In this document: positions 20,032 through 30,577 of the stretch, in pieces
How positions within the stretch are numbered: position 1 is the first letter of the stretch
Layout: each line of letters starts with the position of its first letter
Program-made: the position numbers and the translations under genes
Notes under the pieces: model-generated
What the model was told of the DNA's origin: nothing
Databases searched by the model: none
Seen by the model: only the letters and a program-made list of their open reading frames with translations
Assembly: GCA_965218435.1 (NCBI GenBank)
Contig: CBDCKW010000009.1
Location: forward strand, 640,001-704,000
Direction: 5' to 3'
Source of the DNA: Truepera sp.
GTDB lineage: Bacteria; Deinococcota; Deinococci; Deinococcales; Trueperaceae
Length of the DNA: 64,000 bases

Positions 20032-20092
20032 GCCGACCGGGGCAGCGTCCGGACGCCTATACTAAAGCTTAAGCGGCAACTAGGTGCGTTCG

Positions 20093-20121
20093 TTGACACC
20101 TACAAAACGGGTTGCTATGCT
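20093..20121 (+). promoter_or_regulatory. Sigma70-type promoter of the V-ATPase operon
   Basis: TTGACA-N17-TATGCT with extended -10 TG. Confidence 0.75.
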
Positions 20122-20309
20122 TGAACTCGTAAAGCGCGAGGGTTCATTTCGCGTTTTTTTATGCCGTAAGACGCAAGCTTAGCCTAAATCCGGCTTCGGC
20201 TGCTAAATGATATGGTTCTAAACTGTAGGGTTGTTGGAACTATATGATTGCCAGTGCCGCGCCATAATTTGGGAAAGCTGTATCTTTACTCATAAGGAAG
20301 GAGAGCCGC

Positions 20310-20630
20310 TTGGAAGCGCAGGGTGAAAAACTATTGCAAAGTCTCGCTGACGAAGAGCAGCAGCTTTTAGCCAAAATCGAACAGGCCAAAGGCGAGGCCG
20401 CTGCTATTGTCGCCGAGGCGGAGCGTAAAGCTGAGAGCATTCGCCGGGACGCGACTGAACGCGCGGACAAAACTGCTCAGGAGCGCCGCAGTGAAGCTGA
20501 ACGCAACAGCAGCACTGCCCGAAGCGAAATACTAGAGCGTGTAGAGCAAGAGGTTGCCGAGGCGAAAATGAGGGCACAAAAAGGTCACGACAGGGCGGTT
20601 GAGCGGGTTTTAGAGCAGGTACTGCCGTGA
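20310..20630 (+). CDS. V/A-type ATP synthase peripheral stalk subunit (G/H)
   Basis: Charged coiled coil; first gene of the operon; AGGAAGGAG RBS before TTG. Confidence 0.8.
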   Translation: MEAQGEKLLQSLADEEQQLLAKIEQAKGEAAAIVAEAERKAESIRRDATERADKTAQERRSEAERNSSTARSEILERVEQEVAEAKMRAQKGHDRAVERVLEQVLP

Positions 20631-20681
20631 GGTTAGTACAGTGAGGTTAGTAGGACTATCGGCAGAGTTACAGGTGAGCTT

Positions 20682-22676
20682 GTGATTTCGACGATGGACC
20701 AACTGCTCGTGGTCGGGCGCAAAAGTATCGTCAAAGAGGTGCTCGCCAGTCTGCAGCAGCTCGGCGTCGTACAGCTTGTGCCCCTACGCGCCGAAGAACT
20801 TGGGCAGTTTGAAACTTCGGCTGCCGACCAGCAAACCGAAGAGGCGTGGAACGCGGCGGTCGCCCGGAGCGAGGGGTTACTCTCGAGCTTTGGACTAGCG
20901 GGCGTACCGGCCCCCAAAACGAGCAACCGCGAAAAAGACCGCTTACCGAGCAGTCTCGGCGAGATCGAAGACTACCTCGCTGAAGTTGGCGCACAAGCCG
21001 ACCGCTTGGTCGCCGAACGCGGCGAAATCACCGACGAGCAAGATGTCATTAGCGTGTACCTGCCGCAGTTTCGGGACCTTGCGCCGCTGCTCGCGCCTTT
21101 AGAGGGCAGCCGCTACTTAAGCAGCGCCGCCTTTTTGGTGCCGAACGACGATACGTTAACCAAGGTGCGTTCGGCTCTTGATGAGGCGCTTCCGGAACGT
21201 TACGACCTGGCATTAAAACCGCAAGGCAAAGCTTACGCTGCGGTAGTCGCGGTGATGAAAGCCGACCACGCCGAACTTTTAGGGACGCTCTCCCGGCTCG
21301 GCCTGGGCGAGTTGCGCCTGCCCGAACGTTACGCGGACGAAGGGGTTGCCAAAGCCGTTCACCTGATGACCGAACGTGCGCAGTCGCTCCCCAAACGCCG
21401 TCAAACGATCGAGAGTGAGCTCTCAGAGCTCGGCCAGACGAACGGCACAAAGCTCCTCTTGGTACGTGATACGGCGATCAACTACCGCGCCCGTTACGAC
21501 GCGCTTTCAGACCTCGCCGGGGGGCGTTACAGCTTTGCGCTGCAGGGCTGGGTTCCCGCTGAGGAGCGTTCACGCGTGGTGGCGACGCTCGAGAAACAGT
21601 TCGGCTCGGGGATCGCCTTAGAGAGTCGCCGCGCCGACGATCATCACGATGAGGCGATTCCGGTCAGGCTCGAGAACCCTGGCTGGGTCAAACCCTTCGA
21701 GGGGCTGTTGTCCCTCTTTGCGCCCCCCAAATACGGCTACTTCGACCCGTCGTGGACGCTGGCCATCTTTTTCCCGCTTTATTTCGGGATTGTTTTAGGC
21801 GATATCGGCTTCGGCTTGATCTTTCTAGCTCTTGGTTTTTGGCTGCGGGCGCGCGGCAAACGGGGTAACGCTTTGGGTTTAGGGCCGCTCGGCATCACCT
21901 TGACCCCTGGAGCGTTACCGACGATCGGCACCGTCGTCATCTGGTGCTCGGCCTGGAGTATCGTCTGGGGCTTTATCTACGGCGAGTTTTTCGGTAATTT
22001 TTTAGAACACTGGCCGCATGACAACCCCGTGTTTTATCTTCCCGGACACGGTGAACACGGTTTACTTCCGATCACGCTGCTTCGCACCGAAAACTACACG
22101 CCGCTGCTGCTGTTGACGATTGGTTTCGGCGTGTTCCAGGTGTTGTTTGGTTGGGCGCTGCGGGTCTACTACGGGTTCCAACACGGCGATATGAAGCACG
22201 TCTGGGAAGGCGTCGGCATGTTTAGCGGCCTTACCGCGATCATCGTTTTCGCCTACGCGTTTCTCAACGGTTCGCTCGGCGGGTTTGTCTGGTTGATCAT
22301 GATCGTCGGATTTTTGATCTTTATCGTGGGCGTGATCCTCTCGGGTTTACCGCTGATGTTAGTCGAGCTGATCTCTAACTCAGGCAACATCTTGTCATTT
22401 TTGCGACTTTTTGCCGTCGGCCTCTCCGCTGCCCTTATCGCTAATTTGGCCACTGATCTAGGTTTCGCGGTAGCAGGCTTCGCGCCGATCATCGGGCCGA
22501 TCATCGGAATCATCGTGGCGCTTTTTGTCCACGCTATCGCCGTCGCGCTGACGATTATCGGTCATACACTGCAACCTTTGCGTCTTCAATACGTCGAGTT
22601 CTTTACCAAGTTCGGGTTTTATGATGAAAGCGGTACGGCGTACCGTCCATTTCGTTTCCTTGGAGGAAAAGCATGA
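20682..22676 (+). CDS. atpI: V/A-type ATP synthase subunit I
   Basis: GDIGFG, NILSFLRLFAVGL, LRLQYVEFFTKF. Confidence 0.95.
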   Translation: MISTMDQLLVVGRKSIVKEVLASLQQLGVVQLVPLRAEELGQFETSAADQQTEEAWNAAVARSEGLLSSFGLAGVPAPKTSNREKDRLPSSLGEIEDYLAEVGAQADRLVAERGEITDEQDVISVYLPQFRDLAPLLAPLEGSRYLSSAAFLVPNDDTLTKVRSALDEALPERYDLALKPQGKAYAAVVAVMKADHAELLGTLSRLGLGELRLPERYADEGVAKAVHLMTERAQSLPKRRQTIESELSELGQTNGTKLLLVRDTAINYRARYDALSDLAGGRYSFALQGWVPAEERSRVVATLEKQFGSGIALESRRADDHHDEAIPVRLENPGWVKPFEGLLSLFAPPKYGYFDPSWTLAIFFPLYFGIVLGDIGFGLIFLALGFWLRARGKRGNALGLGPLGITLTPGALPTIGTVVIWCSAWSIVWGFIYGEFFGNFLEHWPHDNPVFYLPGHGEHGLLPITLLRTENYTPLLLLTIGFGVFQVLFGWALRVYYGFQHGDMKHVWEGVGMFSGLTAIIVFAYAFLNGSLGGFVWLIMIVGFLIFIVGVILSGLPLMLVELISNSGNILSFLRLFAVGLSAALIANLATDLGFAVAGFAPIIGPIIGIIVALFVHAIAVALTIIGHTLQPLRLQYVEFFTKFGFYDESGTAYRPFRFLGGKA

Positions 22677-22984
22677 AGAAAGTTTTCGGTCTGTTGTCCC
22701 TGTTCGTTCTCATAAGCTTAGCTTTCGCGCAGGAAGGTCAAACTGCCGCTGCTACTGTCGGCGGTATCGGTGACGGCCTTTTAGGTATCGGCGCGGGCCT
22801 TGCTATTGGCTTGGCGGCCATCGGGGTAGGTATCGCGCAGGCGGCGATCGGGAGTGCCGGGGCCGGGACTTTGGCTGAGCGCCCCCAAGCGTTCGGTCAA
22901 ATCCTGATCTATTTGGTTATCCCTGAAACGCTGATCATCTTCGGTTTCGTCATCGCCTTCTTCTTAAACAACAAGATCGGTTAA
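22673..22984 (+). CDS. atpK: V/A-type ATP synthase proteolipid subunit K/L
   Basis: Signal peptide plus hairpin; conserved Glu in VIPETL. Confidence 0.93.
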   Translation: MKKVFGLLSLFVLISLAFAQEGQTAAATVGGIGDGLLGIGAGLAIGLAAIGVGIAQAAIGSAGAGTLAERPQAFGQILIYLVIPETLIIFGFVIAFFLNNKIG

Positions 22985-22986
22985 CT

Positions 22987-23628
22987 ATGGCAAATCTTTC
23001 GGCTCTGCTTGACAAAGAAGCGAGCGCGGAGATCGAAGCACTCCTCTCCGAGGCGCGGCAACGTGCCTCGGAGATCGTCGCTAAGGCCGAAGACGACGCT
23101 AAAGCGGCGACGGCCCAACGCGAACGCCTGTCGCAGTCGCAGAGCGAGGCGGCCCGAGTACGTGCGCAAAGTGCGGCGCAGCTAGAAGCGTCGTCAATGA
23201 AGTTGCGTGCTCAGTACAGCGCGGTCGAGGATGTGTTCGGATCGGCGGAAACTGAACTCCGTAAGCTCACCCAAGACAAAAAACGTTACGCCCCGATTTT
23301 AGCGTCGCTCCTCGGTGAGGCAGTGGACGCGCTCGGTGGCCCGGACAAAGTTGCGAAGGTTGCCGTCAACCCGGCTGACGAGCAAGCTGCAAAAGAGGCG
23401 GCGAAACAGTACGGTCTCGAGAGCAAAATCGCGACTGATAAAAGCGTCGAAGGCGGCGTCAAAATCAAAGCGGGCTCAAACGTAACGATTGAAAACAGCC
23501 TGTTCGACCGCTTGCAAGCCGCGCGCGAAGATTTGGCGTCGGAGGTCTCGAGGCTTTTAGGAACGTCTCCAGACGAACCTGACGCGGCGGCGACGCAAAC
23601 AGAGCCCGCAGCTAAGTCGGAGCCGTAA
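22987..23628 (+). CDS. atpE: V/A-type ATP synthase subunit E
   Basis: Coiled coil; VEGGV...IENSLFDRL. Confidence 0.9.
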   Translation: MANLSALLDKEASAEIEALLSEARQRASEIVAKAEDDAKAATAQRERLSQSQSEAARVRAQSAAQLEASSMKLRAQYSAVEDVFGSAETELRKLTQDKKRYAPILASLLGEAVDALGGPDKVAKVAVNPADEQAAKEAAKQYGLESKIATDKSVEGGVKIKAGSNVTIENSLFDRLQAAREDLASEVSRLLGTSPDEPDAAATQTEPAAKSEP

Positions 23629-23629
23629 G

Positions 23630-24637
23630 GTGCCCGCTGACTTTGGCTACATCAACGCCCGTGTGCGCGGCCTTAAAGCCAAGCTTTTAGGTGACGAGTT
23701 TTACGAAGGTGCGCTCGGCGACTCTGACTTTAGGGCATTTCTGAGCAGTTTTTCGCAGACGCCCTACTCGCGTGAAGCTGATGACGCGCAGGCGCGTTAC
23801 GGCGACACCTTGCGCACTGTAGACGACGCGCTCGCCCGCAACTTCTATACCACGACCCGTTCGCTCTTAAACGTCGCTGACGGCCTTCCGGGACGGTTGC
23901 TGCAGATTTTGCTGCTCCGCTACGACCTCGGTAACCTCAAAACGATTGCCCGCGCCAAAAGTGCGGGCCGCGCCCCTGAAGAGGTCGAGGTGGGTCTCCT
24001 ACCGGCTGGAGAACTGAAACCAGCGGTCTTAGAGACGATTGCGCAGGCGAGCGATCTACCGGCGGCGGCGCAGGCGGTCGCCGCGACCGGACATCCGCTT
24101 AGCGGCGTGTTTACCCGCGCAGTGGCCAAGTTCAGCTCGGACGGTGACCTCTACGACCTCGAGTTGAGCCTCGACCGCGCCTACTATCAGGTTATCGGCG
24201 AAACGGCCCAAAAGGGCGGCTTCCCCGCCGACTTTAGACGCTACGTCCAACGTGAGGTTGACGCGACCAACATCCGCACCGCTCTTAAGCTGCAGGACGC
24301 AGAAGGGGACCACGCCGAACTCTTCATTAGCGGCGGTAAAGAGGTGCAGCGCGCTACCTTCGACGCGCTGCTGGGCGGCGACACGCAGGCGCTCTCTAGC
24401 ACCAGCTTCGCTGAGGTTGGCGAAGCTGAAACCCTTAGTAGTGCAGAAGAAGCGATCCGTGAGAATCTCGACCGGAACGCCCGCAAACTCTACTTCCGCG
24501 ACCCGTTGGGGGTGGGAGTTGTGCTGCACTACCTGCGGCTTAAAGAAAACGAAACGGCCCGTCTGCGACTCTTGGCCCGCGGCAAGTTTTACGGCGTCCC
24601 TAGAAACCGTTTAGAACAGGAGCTCGGCCGTGCCTAG
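23630..24637 (+). CDS. atpC: V/A-type ATP synthase subunit C
   Basis: DFGYINARVRG; EVDATNIRTALKL. Confidence 0.92.
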   Translation: MPADFGYINARVRGLKAKLLGDEFYEGALGDSDFRAFLSSFSQTPYSREADDAQARYGDTLRTVDDALARNFYTTTRSLLNVADGLPGRLLQILLLRYDLGNLKTIARAKSAGRAPEEVEVGLLPAGELKPAVLETIAQASDLPAAAQAVAATGHPLSGVFTRAVAKFSSDGDLYDLELSLDRAYYQVIGETAQKGGFPADFRRYVQREVDATNIRTALKLQDAEGDHAELFISGGKEVQRATFDALLGGDTQALSSTSFAEVGEAETLSSAEEAIRENLDRNARKLYFRDPLGVGVVLHYLRLKENETARLRLLARGKFYGVPRNRLEQELGRA

Positions 24638-24959
24638 AATGGTGATCTTAACCGATAGCGAGACGGCGACCGGGTTTCGTTTGGCGGGCGTCGAAGTACG
24701 TGAGGCCGACCCGGATGGTGCACAGGAGGCGCTCGAGGAGCTGATCGAATCCAACGACTTCGGTTTGGTCGCCGTTGACGAATCGCTGATCCCCGACCCG
24801 AACCGCTCGGCGGCGCGGGCGATGCGGGGCCGCGAACTGCCGGTGCTCCTGACGATGCCGAGCTTGGGGGCGGCGTTTGACGAAGAGAGCGGCGACGCGG
24901 CCGACTATATGAAGCAGCTCGTCCGCAGCGCCATCGGCTTTGACGTCAAGCTCGAGTAA
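24630..24959 (+). CDS. atpF: V/A-type ATP synthase subunit F
   Basis: TATGFRLAGV; VRSAIGFD. Confidence 0.93.
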   Translation: MPRMVILTDSETATGFRLAGVEVREADPDGAQEALEELIESNDFGLVAVDESLIPDPNRSAARAMRGRELPVLLTMPSLGAAFDEESGDAADYMKQLVRSAIGFDVKLE

Positions 24960-25038
24960 GCTCGTACCGTAAACCCGCGCAAAAGAACCCGGCGCGGTCT
25001 ACACTAGAGAAAGTAAACAGCACACATTAGGAGGAACT

Positions 25039-26778
25039 GTGGCGATAGAAGGAAAAGTACAGCGTATCTCCGGCCCGGCGGTGATCGCCGAGAACATGAT
25101 GGGCGCAAAGATGTTAGACATCGTGCGCGTCGGGAAAGAAAGTCTGATCGGTGAGATTATCCGGTTAGACGGCGACACCGCGTTCGTGCAGGTGTACGAA
25201 GATACCGGCGGGTTGACCATCGGTGAACCGGTCGTGTCAACCGACCTGCCGCTCGCGGTTGAACTCGGGCCGGGGATGCTCAACGGCATTTTTGACGGGA
25301 TTCAGCGCCCGTTAGATAAGATTTACGAAGCGTCAGGCACCTATATCGAGCGCGGCATCACCGTAAACTCGCTGTCGCGCGAGGCTAAATGGTCGTTTAC
25401 GCCCGAGGTCGAAGTCGGGGATGAAGTTAAAGGTGGTCAGGTCATCGGGACGGTGCCTGAATTCTCGTTTACGCACAAGATTTTGGTGCCACCGAATAAG
25501 TCGGGCAAAATTAAATCGATCGTTAAAGCAGGCGACTACACCGTTGAAGACGTGGTGGCGACGCTCGAGGACGGCACCGAACTCCGGCTCTACCATCCGT
25601 GGCCGGTTCGTCAGGCTAGACCCGTTGAACAAAAACTCGACCCGGTCACGCCGTTTTTAACCGGGATGCGCATCTTAGACGTACTTTTCCCGCTGACGAT
25701 GGGCGGCACTGCCGCCATTCCGGGGCCGTTCGGGTCAGGTAAAACGGTGACGCAGCAGTCCATCGCCAAATACGGCAACGCCGATATCGTGGTCTACGTC
25801 GGTTGCGGTGAACGCGGCAACGAGATGACCGACGTTTTGGTCGAGTTCCCGGAGTTAGAAGACCCGCAGACCGGCAACCCCCTGATGCACCGCACCGTGT
25901 TGATCGCGAACACCTCGAACATGCCGGTGGCCGCGCGTGAAGCCTCGATCTATACGGGCATTACTTTGGCTGAATACTTCCGTGACCAAGGTTACGCCGT
26001 CTCGGTCATGGCCGATTCAACCTCGAGGTGGGCCGAGGCGCTCCGCGAAATCTCCTCACGTTTAGAGGAGATGCCTGCAGAAGAGGGGTATCCGCCTTAC
26101 TTATCGTCGCGCCTCGCGGCGTTTTACGAGCGCGGGGGCCGCGTCACCACGCTCGCCGGCGACCAGGGTGCCGTCTCGATCATCGGCGCGGTTTCACCCG
26201 CCGGTGGGGACTTTTCCGAACCGGTCACGCAGGCGACCCTGCGGATTACGGGCTGCTTCTGGGCGCTCGACGCCTCACTCGCGCGCCGTCGTCACTTTCC
26301 GGCGATCAACTGGAACCGTTCGTACTCGCTGTTTACGGGGATTCTCGAGGATTGGTACGCCGAAAATGTTGCCCCTGACTATAGTGACCTCCGCGACCGC
26401 GCCGTCACTCTGTTACAGCGCGAAGCTGAACTGCAAGAGGTTGTACAGCTTGTCGGGCCGGACGCCCTACAAGACCAAGAGCGCCTGGTCATCGAGGTTG
26501 GCCGTATCCTCCGGCAAGACTTTTTGCAGCAAAACGGCTTCGACCCCGTAGACGCGTCGTGCTCGATGCCCAAAGCGTACGGTCTGTTGCAGCTTATGAC
26601 GACGCTGAACGACCAGGCGCGGCGGGCTCTAGACGGCGGCGCAACGGTTGACGACATCTTAAAAAACGAAGTTGTCGAAAAGGTCAGCCGCGCCCGCTAC
26701 GTTCCTGAGGACGAGTTTGAGGCGTACAAAGACGAGACCCTTAAAGAACTCGACAACGCTTTTGCAGTTCCTGCTTAA
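25039..26778 (+). CDS. atpA: V/A-type ATP synthase subunit A
   Basis: [23 protein letters not shown]. Confidence 0.98.
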   Translation: MAIEGKVQRISGPAVIAENMMGAKMLDIVRVGKESLIGEIIRLDGDTAFVQVYEDTGGLTIGEPVVSTDLPLAVELGPGMLNGIFDGIQRPLDKIYEASGTYIERGITVNSLSREAKWSFTPEVEVGDEVKGGQVIGTVPEFSFTHKILVPPNKSGKIKSIVKAGDYTVEDVVATLEDGTELRLYHPWPVRQARPVEQKLDPVTPFLTGMRILDVLFPLTMGGTAAIPGPFGSGKTVTQQSIAKYGNADIVVYVGCGERGNEMTDVLVEFPELEDPQTGNPLMHRTVLIANTSNMPVAAREASIYTGITLAEYFRDQGYAVSVMADSTSRWAEALREISSRLEEMPAEEGYPPYLSSRLAAFYERGGRVTTLAGDQGAVSIIGAVSPAGGDFSEPVTQATLRITGCFWALDASLARRRHFPAINWNRSYSLFTGILEDWYAENVAPDYSDLRDRAVTLLQREAELQEVVQLVGPDALQDQERLVIEVGRILRQDFLQQNGFDPVDASCSMPKAYGLLQLMTTLNDQARRALDGGATVDDILKNEVVEKVSRARYVPEDEFEAYKDETLKELDNAFAVPA

Positions 26779-26795
26779 GCTTAGGAAGGGGAGAT

Positions 26796-28331
26796 ATGGC
26801 TACGACGAAAGACACAACCAAAGACAGCCCAAAAGATACTGTCAATACGGCTAAAGACACGGCTAAAAATTCGGCAAAATCGAAAGAAGCGGCGAAAGAC
26901 ACGGCCAAAGCTGGGACTAAAAAGTTTATGAAAAAAGAGTACAGTGAGGTCTCGTATATCTCGGGACCGCTGCTGTTTCTCGAAAACGCCCCCGACCTCG
27001 CCTATAACGCGATTGTGCGTATCAAAGACGCCTCCGGGCGTGAGCGCGGCGGCCAGGTCATCGAAGTTTCGGATAAGGTTACCGTTTTACAGGTTTTTGA
27101 GGAACCCTCGGGGATTGACCTCTCGGACACTACGGTTTGGCTCGTTGAAGATGTGGCCCGGCTAGGCGTCTCGACCGAGATGATTGGCCGCCGCTTTAAC
27201 GGCATCGGTGAACCGATTGACGGCTTGCCGCCGGTTGTGGCCGATGAGCGCCTACCTATCGGTGGTGCCCCGATCAACCCGGTGGCGCGGCAAAAGCCCG
27301 AGGAGTTTATTCAGACCGGTGTCTCAACGATTGACACGCTGATTACACTCGTTCGCGGTCAGAAACTGCCGATCTTCTCGGGTTCGGGTCTGCCGGCCAA
27401 CGAACTGGCCGCGCAGATTGCGCGTCAAGCTAAAGTTTTAGGTGAAGGCTCTGAATTCGCCGTCGTCTTCGCTGCGATGGGCGTGACGCAGCGCGAAATT
27501 ACCTACTTTACCCAGGAGTTTGAACGTACGGGCGCGTTGGCGCGTTCAGTCTTGTTCCTTAACAAAGCCGACGACCCCGCCGTCGAACGTCTCCTAACGC
27601 CGAAGATGGCGCTGACGGCTGCTGAATACCTCGCGTTTGAAAAAGACTATCACGTGCTGGTCATCTTGACCGACATGACGAACTACTGTGAGGCGCTCCG
27701 CGAGATCGGCGGTGCCAGGGAAGAGATTCCGGGTCGCCGTGGCTATCCTGGTTATATGTATACCGACCTTGCCTCGATCTATGAACGCGCCGGGGTTGTC
27801 GAAGGCCGTAAGGGTTCAGTTACGCAGCTACCGATTTTATCTATGCCTGACGACGACGTGACGCACCCGATCCCCGACCTGACCGGGTACATTACCGAAG
27901 GTCAGATTTACTTGGCGCGTAACCTGCACAACCAGGGCATCTACCCGCCGATCAACCCCGGCCCGAGCTTGTCGCGGCTGATGAATAACGGCATCGGCAA
28001 GGGTAAAACGCGCCCCGACCACAAAAACATCGCCGACCAGTTGCAGTCCGCCTACGCCAACGGCCTCGACTTGCGCCGTTTGGTGGCGATTACCGGTGAG
28101 GACGCCTTGTCTGAAAACGATAAGCTCTACCTCAAATTTGCCGACGACTTTGAAAAGCACTTTATCAACCAAGGCTCGGAGGACCGTGGCATCGAGGAGT
28201 CGCTCGACATTGCTTGGGCGATCCTGTCTACGCTGCCTAAGTCCGAGCTGACCCGCTTGTCACGCGACCAGATTGACAAATACTACGGCGCGACGATGGA
28301 CGAGCTGTGGGGAGCGGCGCAGGAAGCGTAA
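26796..28331 (+). CDS. atpB: V/A-type ATP synthase subunit B with low-complexity N-terminal extension
   Basis: [38 protein letters not shown] before ATG 26796. Confidence 0.97.
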   Translation: MATTKDTTKDSPKDTVNTAKDTAKNSAKSKEAAKDTAKAGTKKFMKKEYSEVSYISGPLLFLENAPDLAYNAIVRIKDASGRERGGQVIEVSDKVTVLQVFEEPSGIDLSDTTVWLVEDVARLGVSTEMIGRRFNGIGEPIDGLPPVVADERLPIGGAPINPVARQKPEEFIQTGVSTIDTLITLVRGQKLPIFSGSGLPANELAAQIARQAKVLGEGSEFAVVFAAMGVTQREITYFTQEFERTGALARSVLFLNKADDPAVERLLTPKMALTAAEYLAFEKDYHVLVILTDMTNYCEALREIGGAREEIPGRRGYPGYMYTDLASIYERAGVVEGRKGSVTQLPILSMPDDDVTHPIPDLTGYITEGQIYLARNLHNQGIYPPINPGPSLSRLMNNGIGKGKTRPDHKNIADQLQSAYANGLDLRRLVAITGEDALSENDKLYLKFADDFEKHFINQGSEDRGIEESLDIAWAILSTLPKSELTRLSRDQIDKYYGATMDELWGAAQEA

Positions 28332-29014
28332 TGGCGGAGCAGATTGCCCCGACCCGCTCGAACCTGCTGCAGCGGCGCGACCAGCTCAAACTGGCTAACC
28401 GCGGCGCTGACCTGTTAAAGCGTAAACGCGACGCGCTGATCGGCGAGTTCTTTAGCTTGGTGCAGGAGTCTCTAAAGGCGCGGCGGGCCTTAAACAGCAG
28501 CAGCCGCGAGGCGTACTTTAGCCTCTTTTTAGCCAAAGCGTGGGACGGCCCTGAAGCGGTTGAAAGTCTAAGCCTAGCGGGGGACAAGCAGCTCGAGCTC
28601 GACCTCAAGGTGCAGAACTTGTTCGGCGTCAAAGTGCCGCAGGTGCAGCCGCCTAAATTCGACAGCGAGTTGCCCTTTTCACCGGTCGGGGCAGGCGCAC
28701 GCACGCTCGACGCGGCGTCACAGTTTCGGGCGCTGACCGAAGCACTCGTCCAGGTCGCGGCGACTGAAACACGCCTCCGGCTCGTCGGTGAAGAGATCAA
28801 GAAGACCTCCCGCCGGGTGAACGCCCTGGAGCAGATTGTGATTCCCGGTGTCCAGGCGCAGATTCGGGATATTCGCAGCGTGTTGGACCAGCGGGCGCTC
28901 GAGGAAACCACCGTCTTAAAACGCATTAAGGCCAAACTCGATGCCAGAGAAGCCGCTGAAGCCGAGGAAGACGCCCTCAAAAAACAGGCGTCAATGGCTG
29001 AGACGTCCGCCTGA
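28331..29014 (+). CDS. atpD: V/A-type ATP synthase subunit D
   Basis: PTRSNL, LLKRKRDAL, RRVNALEQ; ATG 28331 overlaps the atpB TAA. Confidence 0.96.
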   Translation: MAEQIAPTRSNLLQRRDQLKLANRGADLLKRKRDALIGEFFSLVQESLKARRALNSSSREAYFSLFLAKAWDGPEAVESLSLAGDKQLELDLKVQNLFGVKVPQVQPPKFDSELPFSPVGAGARTLDAASQFRALTEALVQVAATETRLRLVGEEIKKTSRRVNALEQIVIPGVQAQIRDIRSVLDQRALEETTVLKRIKAKLDAREAAEAEEDALKKQASMAETSA

Positions 29015-29050
29015 ACTTCCGTAAAAACTCCGTCCGTTCTCATCTCTAGT

Positions 29051-29070
29051 CGGCCCCCGTCCGGGGGCCG
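29051..29070 (+). terminator. GC hairpin after atpD
   Basis: CGGCCCCC-gtcc-GGGGGCCG. Confidence 0.6.
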
Positions 29071-29401
29071 CTGCTCTTATGAAGAGGTTATGAAAGCGGC
29101 TTAGCTAGGCATAATCACTACCGCAAAAAGGGCTTAAGCTCGAGCATTTGGCTCATGGCCGGTTTTAGCAAACTCGTCTCAGAAGCGTATCAGACAGGCT
29201 ATGATGTAGGAAACGGCTTTGTTACCAAGCGTTCTACCTAAGCCTGACACGGTGTCGTATTTGCTAACGCCTGAGCTTTTCTTTCGGCCAATTATGTGCG
29301 CCGGTTTCACAAACTTCTTTACAACGGCTCACGTTAGCAGGTAGTATACAGAGAGCGGGGATCGGCCTCAAGGTAAAAACACTCATCTAAAGGGAGACAC
29401 G

Positions 29402-30418
29402 ATGCGCAAATGGACCTTACTAATTGTTATGGCAACGTTGCTACTAGGCAACGCTTTCGCTCAGGGCGGCAAGCTCGCTGAAGTCAAGCAGCGCGGCGAG
29501 CTGATCTGCGGCGTCAACGACCAGCTGCCGGGGTTTGGCAGTGTCAACGACGCCGGTGAGTTCGTCGGCTTCGACGTGGACTTTTGCCGCGCGATTGCCG
29601 CTGCTGTTCTCGGCGACGCGACGGCTGTTCGCTTTCGCGCCCTCTCCGCCCAAGAGCGGTTTACGGCCGTGCAAACCGGTGAAGTTGATGTGCTGATCCG
29701 CAACACCACCTGGACGAGCAGCCGCGACAGCGACGTCGGCCTAGATTTCGCGCCGGTCAACTTCTTTGACGGCCAAGGCTTTATGGTCCGCGCCGACTCG
29801 GGGATCAACACGCTTCAAGACCTCGAGGGCCTCCGTATCGGCGTGCAGTCCGGGACCACGACCGAACTCAACTTGGCCGACGTGCTAGGTGCGCTTAATG
29901 TCCAGTACGAACCGGTCATCTTCGAGCAAGCTGACCAGCTCGTCCGCGCTTACGACCAGGGTGCGGTTGACGCCTGGACCACCGATAAATCGGGGTTGGC
30001 CAGCTACTTACCGACCCTGCAGGACCCCAGCGCCCACAAAATTTTAGACGCCACCATCTCCAAAGAGCCGCTCGCGCCTTCCGTACTCCAGGGTGACAGC
30101 CAGTGGCACGACGTAGTGAGCTGGGTGCTGTACGCCTTGTTTGACGCTGAAGAGTACGGCATCACCGCCGACAATGCTGCTCAGATGGCCGAATCTTCAA
30201 AGATTCCTGACGTGCAGCGTCTCTTAGGCACCGAACCCGAGCCGGTGCAACAGCTCGGCCTCGAGCCCACGGCGATGCTTACTGCCATTGAAGCCGTCGG
30301 TAACTACGGCGAAATCTATAACCGCAATTTAGGGCCGGATACTCAGTTCAACATTCCGCGCGGTCTTAACGCCGAGTGGAGTGACGGCGGCCTCCTCTAC
30401 GGAATGCCCTTCCGCTAA
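29402..30418 (+). CDS. aapJ: General L-amino acid ABC transporter substrate-binding protein (AapJ/BztA-like)
   Basis: GFDVDFCRAIAAA, RNTTWT, ISKEPL, VGNYGEIY. Confidence 0.92.
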   Translation: MRKWTLLIVMATLLLGNAFAQGGKLAEVKQRGELICGVNDQLPGFGSVNDAGEFVGFDVDFCRAIAAAVLGDATAVRFRALSAQERFTAVQTGEVDVLIRNTTWTSSRDSDVGLDFAPVNFFDGQGFMVRADSGINTLQDLEGLRIGVQSGTTTELNLADVLGALNVQYEPVIFEQADQLVRAYDQGAVDAWTTDKSGLASYLPTLQDPSAHKILDATISKEPLAPSVLQGDSQWHDVVSWVLYALFDAEEYGITADNAAQMAESSKIPDVQRLLGTEPEPVQQLGLEPTAMLTAIEAVGNYGEIYNRNLGPDTQFNIPRGLNAEWSDGGLLYGMPFR

Positions 30419-30431
30419 GCTTTGCAGCGCC

Positions 30432-30465
30432 ATAGGGGGTGGGCTAACCACCCCCTATTTTTATT
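30432..30465 (+). terminator. Intrinsic terminator/stabilising hairpin after aapJ
   Basis: ATAGGGGGTGG-gctaa-CCACCCCCTAT followed by a T-rich tail. Confidence 0.8.
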
Positions 30466-30577
30466 TATCAAACGCAGTATTATCTTAGTAACTAGTCAGC
30501 GCGGCGCACCCACGAATGGGACAGTTTGCGACTAGCCAGCTGACGTTTATCTAATTATTCACTGTGAGGAGGTCGAG

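Noticed and set aside
17625..20229. Shared 13-mer TCTAAACTGTAGG upstream of both the kinase and the V-ATPase operon
   Set aside because: Chance 13-mer matches are expected in 64 kb; only two copies
28237..29043. Long antisense ORFs (also 13543-14247, 51992-52660, 63187-63978 and many shorter)
   Set aside because: Shadows of well-supported genes on the opposite strand in GC-rich DNA; no motifs
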